Below are positions 10,543 through 20,000 of a stretch of 64,000 nucleotides of DNA, piece after piece. This stretch comes from an uncultured delta proteobacterium (GTDB lineage Bacteria > Desulfobacterota > Desulfobacteria > Desulfobacterales > SG8-13), in the NCBI GenBank assembly GCA_963848135.1, contig CAWKCK010000003.1, positions 496,001 through 560,000 on the forward strand, given 5' to 3'. A model generated the notes under the pieces. That model did no database searches and was not told where the DNA came from. It was given only the letters and a program-made list of their open reading frames with translations. Every line of letters begins with the position of its first letter. Position 1 is the stretch's first letter. The position numbers and the translations under genes are program-made.

Positions 10543-13002
10543 ATGAAACTTCGATCGATTTTAATCTTCTTATCATTACTTGCCATTGTCTCGACCGTGA
10601 CGTGGGGATACCTTTATTACTCGAGTGTCCGCGATGCCGCTCTCAAGGTCGCTGAGCGACAAGCCGTCACCCGCCTGAAATTGATCACAAAGAATGTATC
10701 CTCCTTTCTTTCGGAAAATCTCAAAGTCGTAAAAGCCATGGCCGGTATGGATGAGCTTTTGGAGATGCTCGTTCGCCCGAATGAAAAAGCTCAAAACAGA
10801 GCCAACGCTGTTTTAGATCTCTACAAAAATGCATTGGAGGCGGATGTCTGTTATTTGATGAACTATGAAGGCAATACGATCGCCTCGAGCAACCGGGATG
10901 CACCCGATAGTTTCGTTGGGAAAAATTTTGCATTTCGCCCCTATTTTCAATTGGCCATCCACAGCGCGCCGGCCACGTATCTTGCCGTGGGTGTAACGTC
11001 TAAAAAGCGGGGGGTTTATTACAGTTATCCTATTTTTGAAAAAGGGGAGGATCTGCCGATCGGGCTGGCAGTGATCAAAGCCTCTATTGAGCAAATTGAA
11101 AAGGAACTGGGCCTGATCAGTGATGAAATTGTTCTGGTAACCGATCCCCACGGCGTGGTGTTCATTTCAAATATCAAAAATTGGCTCTATCACGTCATTT
11201 GGGAAATCGGCCCATCAGAAAAGGATGAGATTGCCAAATCCAGACAATTTGGTGACGGACCGTGGGAATGGATTGGCTTTAGCCCGATTAACGAAAAATA
11301 CGTTTCCGACCGTTCGGGTAACGAATATCAGATGCATCAGGCCGATATTAGAAATTATCCCGGTTGGAAGGTCATTCATTTACGCAGCCTCAAAGTCATC
11401 TCCAAAAATGTTTCGGGTCCCTTGATCCGCCTGACGGGCCCCATTGTTTTATCTCTCTGCCTACTGGTTGGAGTAGCGGTTTTCTTTCTCTACGGAAAGG
11501 CCAGTCATGAATTGAGCCAACGTAAATTGGCCGAAAAAGCGCTGCGGGAAAACGAAGAAAGGTATCGGACCCTTTATCACAACACCCCAGCCATGCTCCA
11601 TTCTATTGACATGCAAGGATATTTGGTCAGTGTCAGCGATCATTGGGCCGAGGCGTTGGGTTATGAACGTTCAGAAGTTATCGGCAAAAAACTGACCGAT
11701 TTTTTAACGCAAGAGTCCTGTCGTTATTACGAGCAGAAAGTATTCCCGGAATTTATTGGCAAGGGATACTGCAAAGATATTCCCTATCAGTTTGTCAAAA
11801 AGAATGGCGAAATTATCGATATTCTGCTTTCCGCAATCATTGACCGTGAGGCAAACGGCGCGCCGGCGCGCTCCTTAGCCGTTTCGATCGACGTTACCGA
11901 ACGCAAACGGGCAGAGGAAGCACTCAGAGACGCCAAAGAAGCGCTGAGTCGCTACTCCAAGGACCTGGAACGGCAGGTGAGAAAACGCACCCGAGAGATT
12001 ACCAGCATACTCAATTACACGCCGGCGGTCATATATATAAAAGACGTCGATGGTCTTTATATCCTGGTGAATCCGAAATATGAACTACTGTTTAATGTGA
12101 AAAGCGACGATGTCAAAGGCCGGACCGACTTCGATATTCTTCCAAGTGCTACGGCCAATCAATTTCGCAACAATGATTTGAAAGTTCTTTCACAAAAATC
12201 TTCTTTTCAAGTTGAAGAGTCGATAGCGCAGCCTGACGGTCGGCACACGTATCTTTCCGTTAAATTTCCAGTTTACGACGAATCCGGCCTAATCAGAGGG
12301 GTGTGCAGTATTTCGACGGACATTACCGCTGTCAAGAAAGCCCAGGATCAGCTGAGACGTTTGTCAGGCAGCATAATTGCCAATCAGGAAAAGGAGCGTG
12401 CTGCCCTATCAAGAGAGCTGCACGATGAATTGGGCCAGGTTTTGACAGCCTTGCGCATGGATGCCGTATGGCTGCGGGATCGGATGAAGAATGGAGATGC
12501 CAAAGCGGCCGCACGGGCCTTGACAATGTGTGATTTAATCGACAAAACGATTTCAGACGTTCGGGGGATGGCTTTTCGCTTGCGACCGGGCGTGCTGGAC
12601 GATTTGGGTTTGGTGGATGCCCTCGAAAATTACACCACCGATTTCGAAAAACGCACGGGCATCACCTGTGTCTTCGATCATCAACGCATCCCAGAGGTGA
12701 CCGAAACGATTGCCACTGCCGCTTACCGGATCACCCAGGAGGCACTGACGAATGTTGCCCGACATGCCGATGCCGGGCATGTTGACGTTCAGCTTGGCCT
12801 GAATACCAGCTCATTGTTATTGGTGGTATCCGACGATGGCCGGGGATTCGATACGGCCGCTCTCGGTGATGCCGAAGGCCTCGGTTTGGCCGGAATGCGT
12901 GAGCGCGCTGCCCTGGCAGGCGGAACTCTCGAGGTGCAATCCCGCCTGCTGAGCGGAACGCGGGTTGAGTTCAAGGTGCCTTTCGATGGATTGAATCTAT
13001 AA
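10543..13002 (+). CDS. Sensor histidine kinase: TM-Cache-TM-2xPAS-HisKA_3-HATPase
   Basis: NFAFRPYF Cache motif, two PAS/PAC segments, ERAALSRELHDELGQ H-box, QEALTNVARHA N-box, DDGRGF. Confidence 0.92.
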   Translation: MKLRSILIFLSLLAIVSTVTWGYLYYSSVRDAALKVAERQAVTRLKLITKNVSSFLSENLKVVKAMAGMDELLEMLVRPNEKAQNRANAVLDLYKNALEADVCYLMNYEGNTIASSNRDAPDSFVGKNFAFRPYFQLAIHSAPATYLAVGVTSKKRGVYYSYPIFEKGEDLPIGLAVIKASIEQIEKELGLISDEIVLVTDPHGVVFISNIKNWLYHVIWEIGPSEKDEIAKSRQFGDGPWEWIGFSPINEKYVSDRSGNEYQMHQADIRNYPGWKVIHLRSLKVISKNVSGPLIRLTGPIVLSLCLLVGVAVFFLYGKASHELSQRKLAEKALRENEERYRTLYHNTPAMLHSIDMQGYLVSVSDHWAEALGYERSEVIGKKLTDFLTQESCRYYEQKVFPEFIGKGYCKDIPYQFVKKNGEIIDILLSAIIDREANGAPARSLAVSIDVTERKRAEEALRDAKEALSRYSKDLERQVRKRTREITSILNYTPAVIYIKDVDGLYILVNPKYELLFNVKSDDVKGRTDFDILPSATANQFRNNDLKVLSQKSSFQVEESIAQPDGRHTYLSVKFPVYDESGLIRGVCSISTDITAVKKAQDQLRRLSGSIIANQEKERAALSRELHDELGQVLTALRMDAVWLRDRMKNGDAKAAARALTMCDLIDKTISDVRGMAFRLRPGVLDDLGLVDALENYTTDFEKRTGITCVFDHQRIPEVTETIATAAYRITQEALTNVARHADAGHVDVQLGLNTSSLLLVVSDDGRGFDTAALGDAEGLGLAGMRERAALAGGTLEVQSRLLSGTRVEFKVPFDGLNL

Positions 13003-13015
13003 TGAGGATTACGGG

Positions 13016-13654
13016 ATGATTAAGGTTTTACTGGCAGACGATCATAGCATTGTGCGTGCCGGTCTTCGACGAATCGTTGAGGAGAGCGGTGACATGCAAG
13101 TGATCGCCGAAGCCGCCGATGGGCGTGAAGCCCTTCGGCAAGTAGGGGAAAAAAAACCCGATGTCGTTGTCGTTGATATTTCCATGCCCGGCCTGGATGG
13201 CCTTGAGGTCATCAGCCAGCTGAACGCCACGCAGCCTGATCTGCCTGTGCTTGTCTTGACCATGCACGAAGAAGGTCAGTATGTCGTTCGCGCCATAGAA
13301 GCGGGTGCCATGGGATATATTACCAAGCAATCGGCGCCGGAGCAATTGGTCATTGCGATCCGAAAAGTGCTCGAAGGCAGCCGTTATCTTACGGATGAAG
13401 CCACTGAAGCACTGGCGTTGAAGATAGCCAAGGGAGAGAAGGGGCAGACCCCACTCGATTCTCTGTCGATGCGGGAATTGCAGGTTCTGCGACGCCTTGC
13501 TCTCGGCAATACCAACCGTGAAATCGCGAAAACTTACAGCATCAGCGTTAAAACCGTCGATACTTACCGCCTTCGCCTGCTAAAGAAACTGAAGCTCCGC
13601 AACAATGCCGATCTTTCTCGGTTTGCCATTCAGAATAACCTGATAGAGCCATAG
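13016..13654 (+). CDS. NarL/LuxR-family response regulator
   Basis: LADDH, VDISMPGLDG receiver; LSMRELQVL..NREIA..ISVKTVDTYR helix-turn-helix. Confidence 0.95.
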   Translation: MIKVLLADDHSIVRAGLRRIVEESGDMQVIAEAADGREALRQVGEKKPDVVVVDISMPGLDGLEVISQLNATQPDLPVLVLTMHEEGQYVVRAIEAGAMGYITKQSAPEQLVIAIRKVLEGSRYLTDEATEALALKIAKGEKGQTPLDSLSMRELQVLRRLALGNTNREIAKTYSISVKTVDTYRLRLLKKLKLRNNADLSRFAIQNNLIEP

Positions 13655-13981
13655 CATGGAAAAGAATACGCGGAATCGGGCAGTACTACCGTCACAAGCG
13701 GATGATATAGGCTTTAAGTTAAAGATTTTGGACTGCGTGATAGGTCGTCGGCGTATTACACAGTACAGCCTGCTCTGTCTGGTCTTTTAAATATCTTTAT
13801 TTTAAATCCTATATTACTTGGTCTACTAATACAGAATTGCTATAGCGCGGCAAGATGCGGGCTCGTCATTAGCTATTTCACCATTGAAGAACAGAACCCT
13901 CGCGGACCGGATGTTATAGGGTAGCGTTGAGGTTACGATTCGATGCGCACAAAGCGATTACCGTGCATCGACTATGCCACT

Positions 13982-14338
13982 CTAAACGGCCTCTTTGATG
14001 AGTCGGTCCAGCTTCACAGTTCGGTTTTCCTTGTCATACCAACCGTCGAATATAACCAGATCCATGTGGTTGTCCAGGGAAGCAAAATCACTGACCTTGA
14101 CGTTGTGTTGCGCAACGCTCTCCGGGCTAAATATACGGATATAAAAAGCGCTCTTGGAACCCTCTTTAGGTTTCCTCACACATTTCAGGCTCCAGATCCA
14201 ATCCGGATCCAAATTTTGCTCTGCCACCAGATTTCGGCCGACGTCCTGAGGGAGCTCCCTTGGTTTGTCGGGCTTCTTGGATTTACCGGTGGAAGGCGCT
14301 GACGCGGTTTCGTTTCTCTCCCAAAATTTCCAGCTCAT
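13982..14338 (-). CDS. Hypothetical protein (118 aa)
   Basis: ATG preceded by AAAGGGG SD; protein-like composition; sigma54-type promoter upstream. Confidence 0.75.
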   Translation of the reverse strand: MSWKFWERNETASAPSTGKSKKPDKPRELPQDVGRNLVAEQNLDPDWIWSLKCVRKPKEGSKSAFYIRIFSPESVAQHNVKVSDFASLDNHMDLVIFDGWYDKENRTVKLDRLIKEAV

Positions 14339-14411
14339 GGCGATCCCCTTTGATCATTATTCAATCCAGAAATTATTCTCATTTAGCGAACCTGCCTAAG
14401 AAGGGATAAAC

Positions 14412-14428
14412 AGCAGATTTCGTGCCAA
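14412..14428 (-). promoter_or_regulatory. Sigma54 (-24/-12) promoter
   Basis: Minus strand TTGGCACGAAATCTGCT, GG-N10-GC, about 74 nt upstream of the 14338 start. Confidence 0.75.
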
Positions 14429-14432
14429 TTTA

Positions 14433-14445
14433 TAATAACCTGATT
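14433..14445 (-). promoter_or_regulatory. Putative IHF binding site
   Basis: AATCAGGTTATTA matches WATCARnnnnTTR, immediately upstream of the sigma54 element. Confidence 0.5.
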
Positions 14446-14752
14446 GTTCATGGATTTTTTATCTATACGGACAAACAGATCAGAATGATCGGAACCCCAA
14501 CGGTCGCTTCTCCGGCGCCGAGGGTCGCGTATAGAACTCTATGTGGCGTATAACATATTGAGTAAATGGGTATTGTAAAATTCGGAACTTGTGGTTCTCA
14601 ATAGGGGAATTACAGAACTCTGGATTCCGGCTTTAAAGGTTCGGTCCCAAACTGGAAAGTGCGTTTGAGAGGGGTTCCCATTGATTCGAGTTTAATTCCG
14701 GAAGTTACGGACGGTAAGAAAAAATCTGACAGAAGATTCAGAAAAAGTCGAA

Positions 14753-14780
14753 TTGACATTTTGTTCCGGGTCTGTATGTT
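14753..14780 (+). promoter_or_regulatory. Putative sigma70 promoter for the binding protein/TRAP genes
   Basis: TTGACA-16 nt-TATGTT. Confidence 0.5.
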
Positions 14781-14987
14781 AGGAATATATTAAGCTCCTA
14801 TTTTCCTGCCTTGTAACTGCATCAGTATGGGGTACGCATTCAGCTTCTTTCTCATATAGGTTGTGTTGATCACCATCTCAATTCTGTCTTCCCCAGGGAG
14901 ACAGCGGGTAAGAAAAGCAACCATTTAATTAAGGAGACGTTTACCTCTGGGCCATTTCGCCCGCCAGGGAAAAAAGGAGGGTGGGTC

Positions 14988-16196
14988 ATGACACACAGAT
15001 CGAAAATGTTATTTTACCCTGCCGCCATTCTAATTGTGGCCGGTAGTATTCTTAGTCCCAAATTGAGCCACAGTTCCGAGGCCATTGTCATCGGCATACC
15101 CCATTCCGAGGCGTATCCCTATGCCACCATGATGAAAAATTCCTTCGATATGGCCCTGGAATCGATCAACAAAGACGGCGGGATCAACGGGCGTCCCCTG
15201 AAGCTCGTCTACGCCGACGACCGGGGGCAACCCAAAGAGGGGGAAATAGCCATCCGGCAGCTGGTGAACGAAAGCGGTGCCGTCATGCTTGTCGGTGCCT
15301 ATCAAAGCAGCAATACCATCTACATGGCCAACACGGCGAACAAACTCGACCGTCCTTTCTTGATCTGCACGGCAGCAGACGACCGGGTGACCCAAAGAAA
15401 ATGGCGCAATGTCTACCGGCTCAATGTACCGGCCAGCGAATATGCCAATGGATTGGAGGATTTCTTACTGAAAAAAATCAAACCGAAATCGATGGCTATC
15501 GTCTATGAAAACAGTCCTTTCGGGACCGGTGGTGCCATGAGAATGATGTGGTTCTGCCGCGAGAACAACATCGATATCATCGGAATCGAGCCCTACCACA
15601 AGGAAAGACTGAAAGAAGACTATTTCCAGCGGATCATCGCCCCTCTTGCGGAGGCCACTCCCGATGTGATTTACATGGTTTCCTACCTCAACGACGGGGC
15701 CTTATTGGTCAAACAAATTCGGGAAGCGAAAATTAATGCCCTTTTGGCCGGCGGCGCCGGCGGTTTTACCCACCCAAAATTCATCAATAAAATCGGCCCG
15801 TCGGCCGACAATTTGCTCACAGCGACCCTGTGGACGCCCCAACTGAGGTATGCCGGGACCGAGGCGTACTACAATCAGTATACCGATATGCATGGTACCC
15901 CGCCGGACTATCATGGCGCCGAAGCCTTCTCCGCCCTTCTGGTGGCTGCGGATGCTTTAAAGAGAGCTGAAAATTTGAATCCTGAAAGCATACGGGTGGC
16001 GTTGGACGCCATCGACATCGATACACCGTTTGGACCGGTCAAGTTTACGTCTTACGGCAAATACGAGCGGCAAAACAGCCTGCCAACCCAGGTTCTGCAA
16101 ATCCTTAACGGTAAGTTTGAATGTATCTGGCCTGAAGAGCATGCTACTGCAAAATTTATTGCACCACCGGGTTGGAAGGCGCCCTCAACGGATTAA
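14988..16196 (+). CDS. LivJ/LivK-type periplasmic substrate-binding protein
   Basis: Signal peptide, INKDGGINGRPLKLVYADD, YENSPFG, DTPFGPVKF; AAGGAGG SD. Confidence 0.88.
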   Translation: MTHRSKMLFYPAAILIVAGSILSPKLSHSSEAIVIGIPHSEAYPYATMMKNSFDMALESINKDGGINGRPLKLVYADDRGQPKEGEIAIRQLVNESGAVMLVGAYQSSNTIYMANTANKLDRPFLICTAADDRVTQRKWRNVYRLNVPASEYANGLEDFLLKKIKPKSMAIVYENSPFGTGGAMRMMWFCRENNIDIIGIEPYHKERLKEDYFQRIIAPLAEATPDVIYMVSYLNDGALLVKQIREAKINALLAGGAGGFTHPKFINKIGPSADNLLTATLWTPQLRYAGTEAYYNQYTDMHGTPPDYHGAEAFSALLVAADALKRAENLNPESIRVALDAIDIDTPFGPVKFTSYGKYERQNSLPTQVLQILNGKFECIWPEEHATAKFIAPPGWKAPSTD

Positions 16197-16395
16197 TTAT
16201 ATAGCATATAACATATTATAAGGTTACGGTTGTATTCGCGCGTTGAACACTGAAAAAGTTAAGACACGACAATTGAAAGGAGGTGGTATAGCGGGAAGAC
16301 ATCGTCCTTGTTTAAAACAGGATTAAATTCGAAACATGTAAATTTCTTGCTTTTAAAAGGTTACTTTGGTCTATAATAATTTCAGGAGGAATAAA

Positions 16396-17370
16396 ATGAG
16401 AAGCAAACTAATGGCCGTTATACTGGGTGTTTGTGCGTTTTCGTTGGTAACCGTTGCTTTCACCGGCCCGTCTTTGGCAAAAACAAGGGTTATCTTCGGC
16501 GGTGGTCCGGCCGGCGGGACCTTCCAGGTGGTCGCCAACGCGATCCAGGTCTACAAGCCGGTTAAAGCCGCGGCCGATTTTTCGGTCAAGGCCCAAACAT
16601 CGGCCGGATCAGTCGAAAACCTCAGAAAAACCGACGCCGGTCGGCAGCAAATGAGTGTCGTCTATTCCGGGCACGTATGGCTGGGCCGCAACGGCGAGAT
16701 GAAAAACGATCCCAAGAAGTACGAAAATGTCCTGGCGGTGGCCTGGCTGTATGGTGCACCGGGGCAATTGGTTGTCAGGGCCGACTCGGGCATCAAGAGC
16801 ACCAAGGATCTGGTCGGCAAAAAGGTGGGTGTCGGTAACGCCGGCTCCGGAGCCTTTGCCAACTGCGAACTGTTTTTTACCCACATGGGCGTTTGGGACA
16901 AGATCGAGCAAAACGCCATGGGCTACAATGATGCCGCGGCGGCCTTCGGCAACAATCAACTGGATGCTTTCTGGCTGTTTACCGCATTTCCGAGCGGCGC
17001 GGTGATCATGGCGGCCCAGACCAACGACATCGCCATGGTCGATCTGGGTGCCGACGCCGAGGCGTCGGGGTTCTTCAAAAAGTATCCCTATTTTTCGAAA
17101 CTGGCGGTTCCGGCCGGGACCTACAAGGGCGTCGACAAGGACGTTCCGTCCTTCCAGGACAGCGCCCTTTGGGTGGCCAACGCCAAGGTGCCCGATGATG
17201 TGGTCTACGAGCTTCTCTCCATTATCTACACGCCTGAGGGATTGAAGCACATGGTCGAACAGAAAAAGACCTTCAAAAACATGAGCCTGGAAACCGGCGC
17301 CACCAACATCGTCACGCCGTTTCATCCCGGGGCTGAAAAGTTCTGGAAGGAAAAGGGGATGCTGAAATAA
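16396..17370 (+). CDS. TAXI-family TRAP solute-binding subunit
   Basis: GGGPAGGTF, SAGSVENL, GVGNAGSG, PAGTYKG, PFHPGAEKFWKE; AGGAGG SD before ATG 16396. Confidence 0.93.
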   Translation: MRSKLMAVILGVCAFSLVTVAFTGPSLAKTRVIFGGGPAGGTFQVVANAIQVYKPVKAAADFSVKAQTSAGSVENLRKTDAGRQQMSVVYSGHVWLGRNGEMKNDPKKYENVLAVAWLYGAPGQLVVRADSGIKSTKDLVGKKVGVGNAGSGAFANCELFFTHMGVWDKIEQNAMGYNDAAAAFGNNQLDAFWLFTAFPSGAVIMAAQTNDIAMVDLGADAEASGFFKKYPYFSKLAVPAGTYKGVDKDVPSFQDSALWVANAKVPDDVVYELLSIIYTPEGLKHMVEQKKTFKNMSLETGATNIVTPFHPGAEKFWKEKGMLK

Positions 17371-17421
17371 AATCGTGTAACGATTTTATTTTTGTGAAGC
17401 CGCGGCACTGCGTTGCCTATC

Positions 17422-17480
17422 GATGTGGGATATGGGCGCCGGTCAAGAGAGATGTTACGACCGCGTCCCTATCTCACATC
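17422..17480 (+). other. Long intercistronic stem-loop after the TAXI gene
   Basis: GATGTGGGATATGGGCGCCGGTC pairs imperfectly with GACCGCGTCCCTATCTCACATC. Confidence 0.6.
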
Positions 17481-17549
17481 TTCATACGAAAATCCAAGGG
17501 GATCGAGGGACCATTCAATAGCGGATAATCCTCAGACAGGTGGTGCAAA

Positions 17550-19283
17550 GTGTACGATAAACTAAATAAGGTCGAGAAAATCATATTTGATGTGCTGGCC
17601 GTCAGCCTGGTTCTCTTCTACTCTTATTCGGCCGTGTTGAAACCGGCAGCCACCCAGTACCACCGCGGCATTTACGTCATCATTACTTACATCCTCGTCT
17701 TTCTGACCTACAAGTCGAAGCCCATGCTGCTGCGCGTCGTCGACTATTTATTAATTCTGCTGTCGATCTTCTCGGTCGGCTACTGGATCCTTAATTTCCA
17801 GGTGATCAATTACCGCACCGGCGCGGAGACGCCCTTTGACATGGCCGTGGCTGTTGTCGGGGTTCTCATCGGTATCGAGGTGGCCCGGCGGGTGGTCGGG
17901 GTCGTTTTTGTCATCCTCGGGACGGTGTTGCTCCTTTATGGCGTTTACGGTGATTACATGCCCGATCTGTTTGCCCATGCGGGCGACACCTTTCCAGCCG
18001 TGTGCACCAGCATCTTTTACAAGAGCGACGGTGTGTTCGGTATCATGGCCAACGTGCTGGCGACCTACGTGATTCTGTTCGTCCTGTTCGGGGCCTTCTT
18101 GAACCGAAGCGGTGCCCAGCGCTTTTTCATCGATTTTCCCCTGGCGGCCGTGGGGCACCGGATCGGTGGACCGGCCAAGGTGTCCGTCATCGCCAGCGCG
18201 CTGTTTGGCTCCATATCGGGCAGTGCGATCGCCAACACGGTTTCCACCGGTACGTTTACGATACCGATGATGAAAAAGGCCGGTTTCAGACCCCATATAG
18301 CCGGTGGCATCGAACCGGCGGCCTCCATCGCCGGCATGTTCATGCCCCCGATCATGGGGGCCGGTGGTTTCATCATGGCCGAGCTCACCGGGATGCCCTA
18401 TTCCCATATCATGCTGGTCGCGATTTTTCCCGCCATCATGTATGTGTTCAGTGTGTTTGTGATGGTTCATTATGAGGCCAAGAAGTACAATATCAGGGGC
18501 GAGAAGAGCGAACACAGCGCCATGTCCATCCTCAAAACCGAATGGTACTATACCCTGCCGCTGATCGTCATCACGGTTCTGATGCTCATGGGGTACTCCC
18601 CCGGGTATTCGGCGATTATCGGTATCGTAAGCTGTATCGTTATCAGCTGGTTCCATAAAGAGACCCGCATCGATCTGAAGGGGTTCGTAGAAGCCTCCCG
18701 GGGCGGGACCGAGAACAGCCTCAAGATCGGCGCCACCGTGGGGGTTATCGGCATCATCATCGGCGTGCTCACCTACAGCGGGCTGGTGCTGACCTTTGCG
18801 GACATCGTCATCGAACTGGCCGGCGGATCGCTGGTGATGACGATTTTTCTGATCGCCCTGGCCTCTCTGGTTCTGGGAATGGGGGTTCCGGTCACCGCTG
18901 CCTATCTGATCACCGCGGTTGTGGCCGTGCCGGCCCTTATCCATCTCGGGGTCAACGAGATTGCCGCCCACATGATCGTCTACTGGTTGTCGCAAGACTC
19001 CAATATCACCCCGCCGGTGTGCATCGCCGCCTTTGCCGGCGCCACCATCGCCAAGGCCAACATGTGGCGAACCGCGTTTGCCGCGTTCAAATTCGCCAAG
19101 TTTCTGTATCTGGGACCGTTTTTGTTCGGATACGTTCCGGCCTTCTCACTAAACGGCAGCGCCATGGATATCGTCAAGGCCTTTATCCTGATCATTATCG
19201 GCACTTGGGCCTACTCCTATTTCTTGAGCGGTATCTGGTTCCAGCCGTTGAAGGGAATGTTTAAGAAGGCTCCGGTAAATTGA
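17550..19283 (+). CDS. TRAP transporter fused permease (TAXI-associated DctM-like)
   Basis: GGPAKVSV, GSISGSAIAN, MPPIMGAGGFIMAE, LGMGVPVTAAY, ITPPVC; highly hydrophobic. Confidence 0.92.
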   Translation: MYDKLNKVEKIIFDVLAVSLVLFYSYSAVLKPAATQYHRGIYVIITYILVFLTYKSKPMLLRVVDYLLILLSIFSVGYWILNFQVINYRTGAETPFDMAVAVVGVLIGIEVARRVVGVVFVILGTVLLLYGVYGDYMPDLFAHAGDTFPAVCTSIFYKSDGVFGIMANVLATYVILFVLFGAFLNRSGAQRFFIDFPLAAVGHRIGGPAKVSVIASALFGSISGSAIANTVSTGTFTIPMMKKAGFRPHIAGGIEPAASIAGMFMPPIMGAGGFIMAELTGMPYSHIMLVAIFPAIMYVFSVFVMVHYEAKKYNIRGEKSEHSAMSILKTEWYYTLPLIVITVLMLMGYSPGYSAIIGIVSCIVISWFHKETRIDLKGFVEASRGGTENSLKIGATVGVIGIIIGVLTYSGLVLTFADIVIELAGGSLVMTIFLIALASLVLGMGVPVTAAYLITAVVAVPALIHLGVNEIAAHMIVYWLSQDSNITPPVCIAAFAGATIAKANMWRTAFAAFKFAKFLYLGPFLFGYVPAFSLNGSAMDIVKAFILIIIGTWAYSYFLSGIWFQPLKGMFKKAPVN

Positions 19284-19323
19284 TCTTGAGGTGGCATGAA
19301 TCTCATAATCGCGAGGGAAGAAA

Positions 19324-19857
19324 ATGGACCTTCCGGATGTTAAAATAAAAAAAATACTGTATGCGACGGACCTGTCAGAAAATGCACGTTTGGCATTTGC
19401 CTATGCCGTCAGTCTTGCTAATTTGTATGGTGCCGGGCTGACCCTTCTGCATGTTCTACCGGAGATTCCGGAATTGCTGGACAAAAATGTCATCGGCTAC
19501 ATCAGTGCCGAGCGTTGGGAGGAAATAAAGGCCCAGAATGTGCAGGAGGCGCGCGAAACTCTTATCGGCAAGAGTAGAGGTCGCCAGGCCGTCAAAGAGG
19601 TGCTGCATCAATTTTGTAAAGATACCGGCGCGGATCAAAAATGCGCAGATTTTGTCCCGGACGATATTGTTGTGGTTCGCGGCAATCCGGTGGAACAAAT
19701 CCTTAAAACCGCTGCGGCCAAAAGCTGCGATCTGATTGTCATGGGCAGCCACGGATATGGAGCCCTGGAGGATGCCATGCTGGGCGGAACCGCCCGGCGG
19801 GTCTTGCGGCGGGCGAACGTGCCGGTGTTGTTGGTGCGCCTTCCCGAAGAAGAATAA
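19324..19857 (+). CDS. Universal stress protein (TeaD-like, TRAP-associated)
   Basis: KKILYATDLS, DLIVMGSHG, LGGTARRVLR..PVLLV. Confidence 0.92.
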   Translation: MDLPDVKIKKILYATDLSENARLAFAYAVSLANLYGAGLTLLHVLPEIPELLDKNVIGYISAERWEEIKAQNVQEARETLIGKSRGRQAVKEVLHQFCKDTGADQKCADFVPDDIVVVRGNPVEQILKTAAAKSCDLIVMGSHGYGALEDAMLGGTARRVLRRANVPVLLVRLPEEE

Positions 19858-19883
19858 CGTACGGATGGCCGTGTTGTCGTGCC

Positions 19884-19946
19884 AATCCGGTTTGAAATGT
19901 TCAGACTTGCCGGCTGGCGAGCACGCCATTCGTTTCAAACCGGATT
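19884..19946. repeat. Inverted repeat between convergent genes (possible bidirectional terminator)
   Basis: Perfect 14-bp arms AATCCGGTTTGAAA / TTTCAAACCGGATT with a small internal hairpin. Confidence 0.65.
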
Positions 19947-20000
19947 ACGCTTTGGGTGGTGAATATAATGCCCCAGAGGAATGGCATCGCCCACCGTATC

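Noticed and set aside
13943..14302. Plus-strand 119-aa ORF
   Set aside because: Overlaps the minus-strand ORF, which has the SD and sigma54 promoter support.
17751..18995. 414-aa antisense ORF opposite the TRAP permease, and similar shadows opposite the TAXI gene, PBP1A and qmoB
   Set aside because: Fully antisense to well-supported genes with GC-rich third positions.
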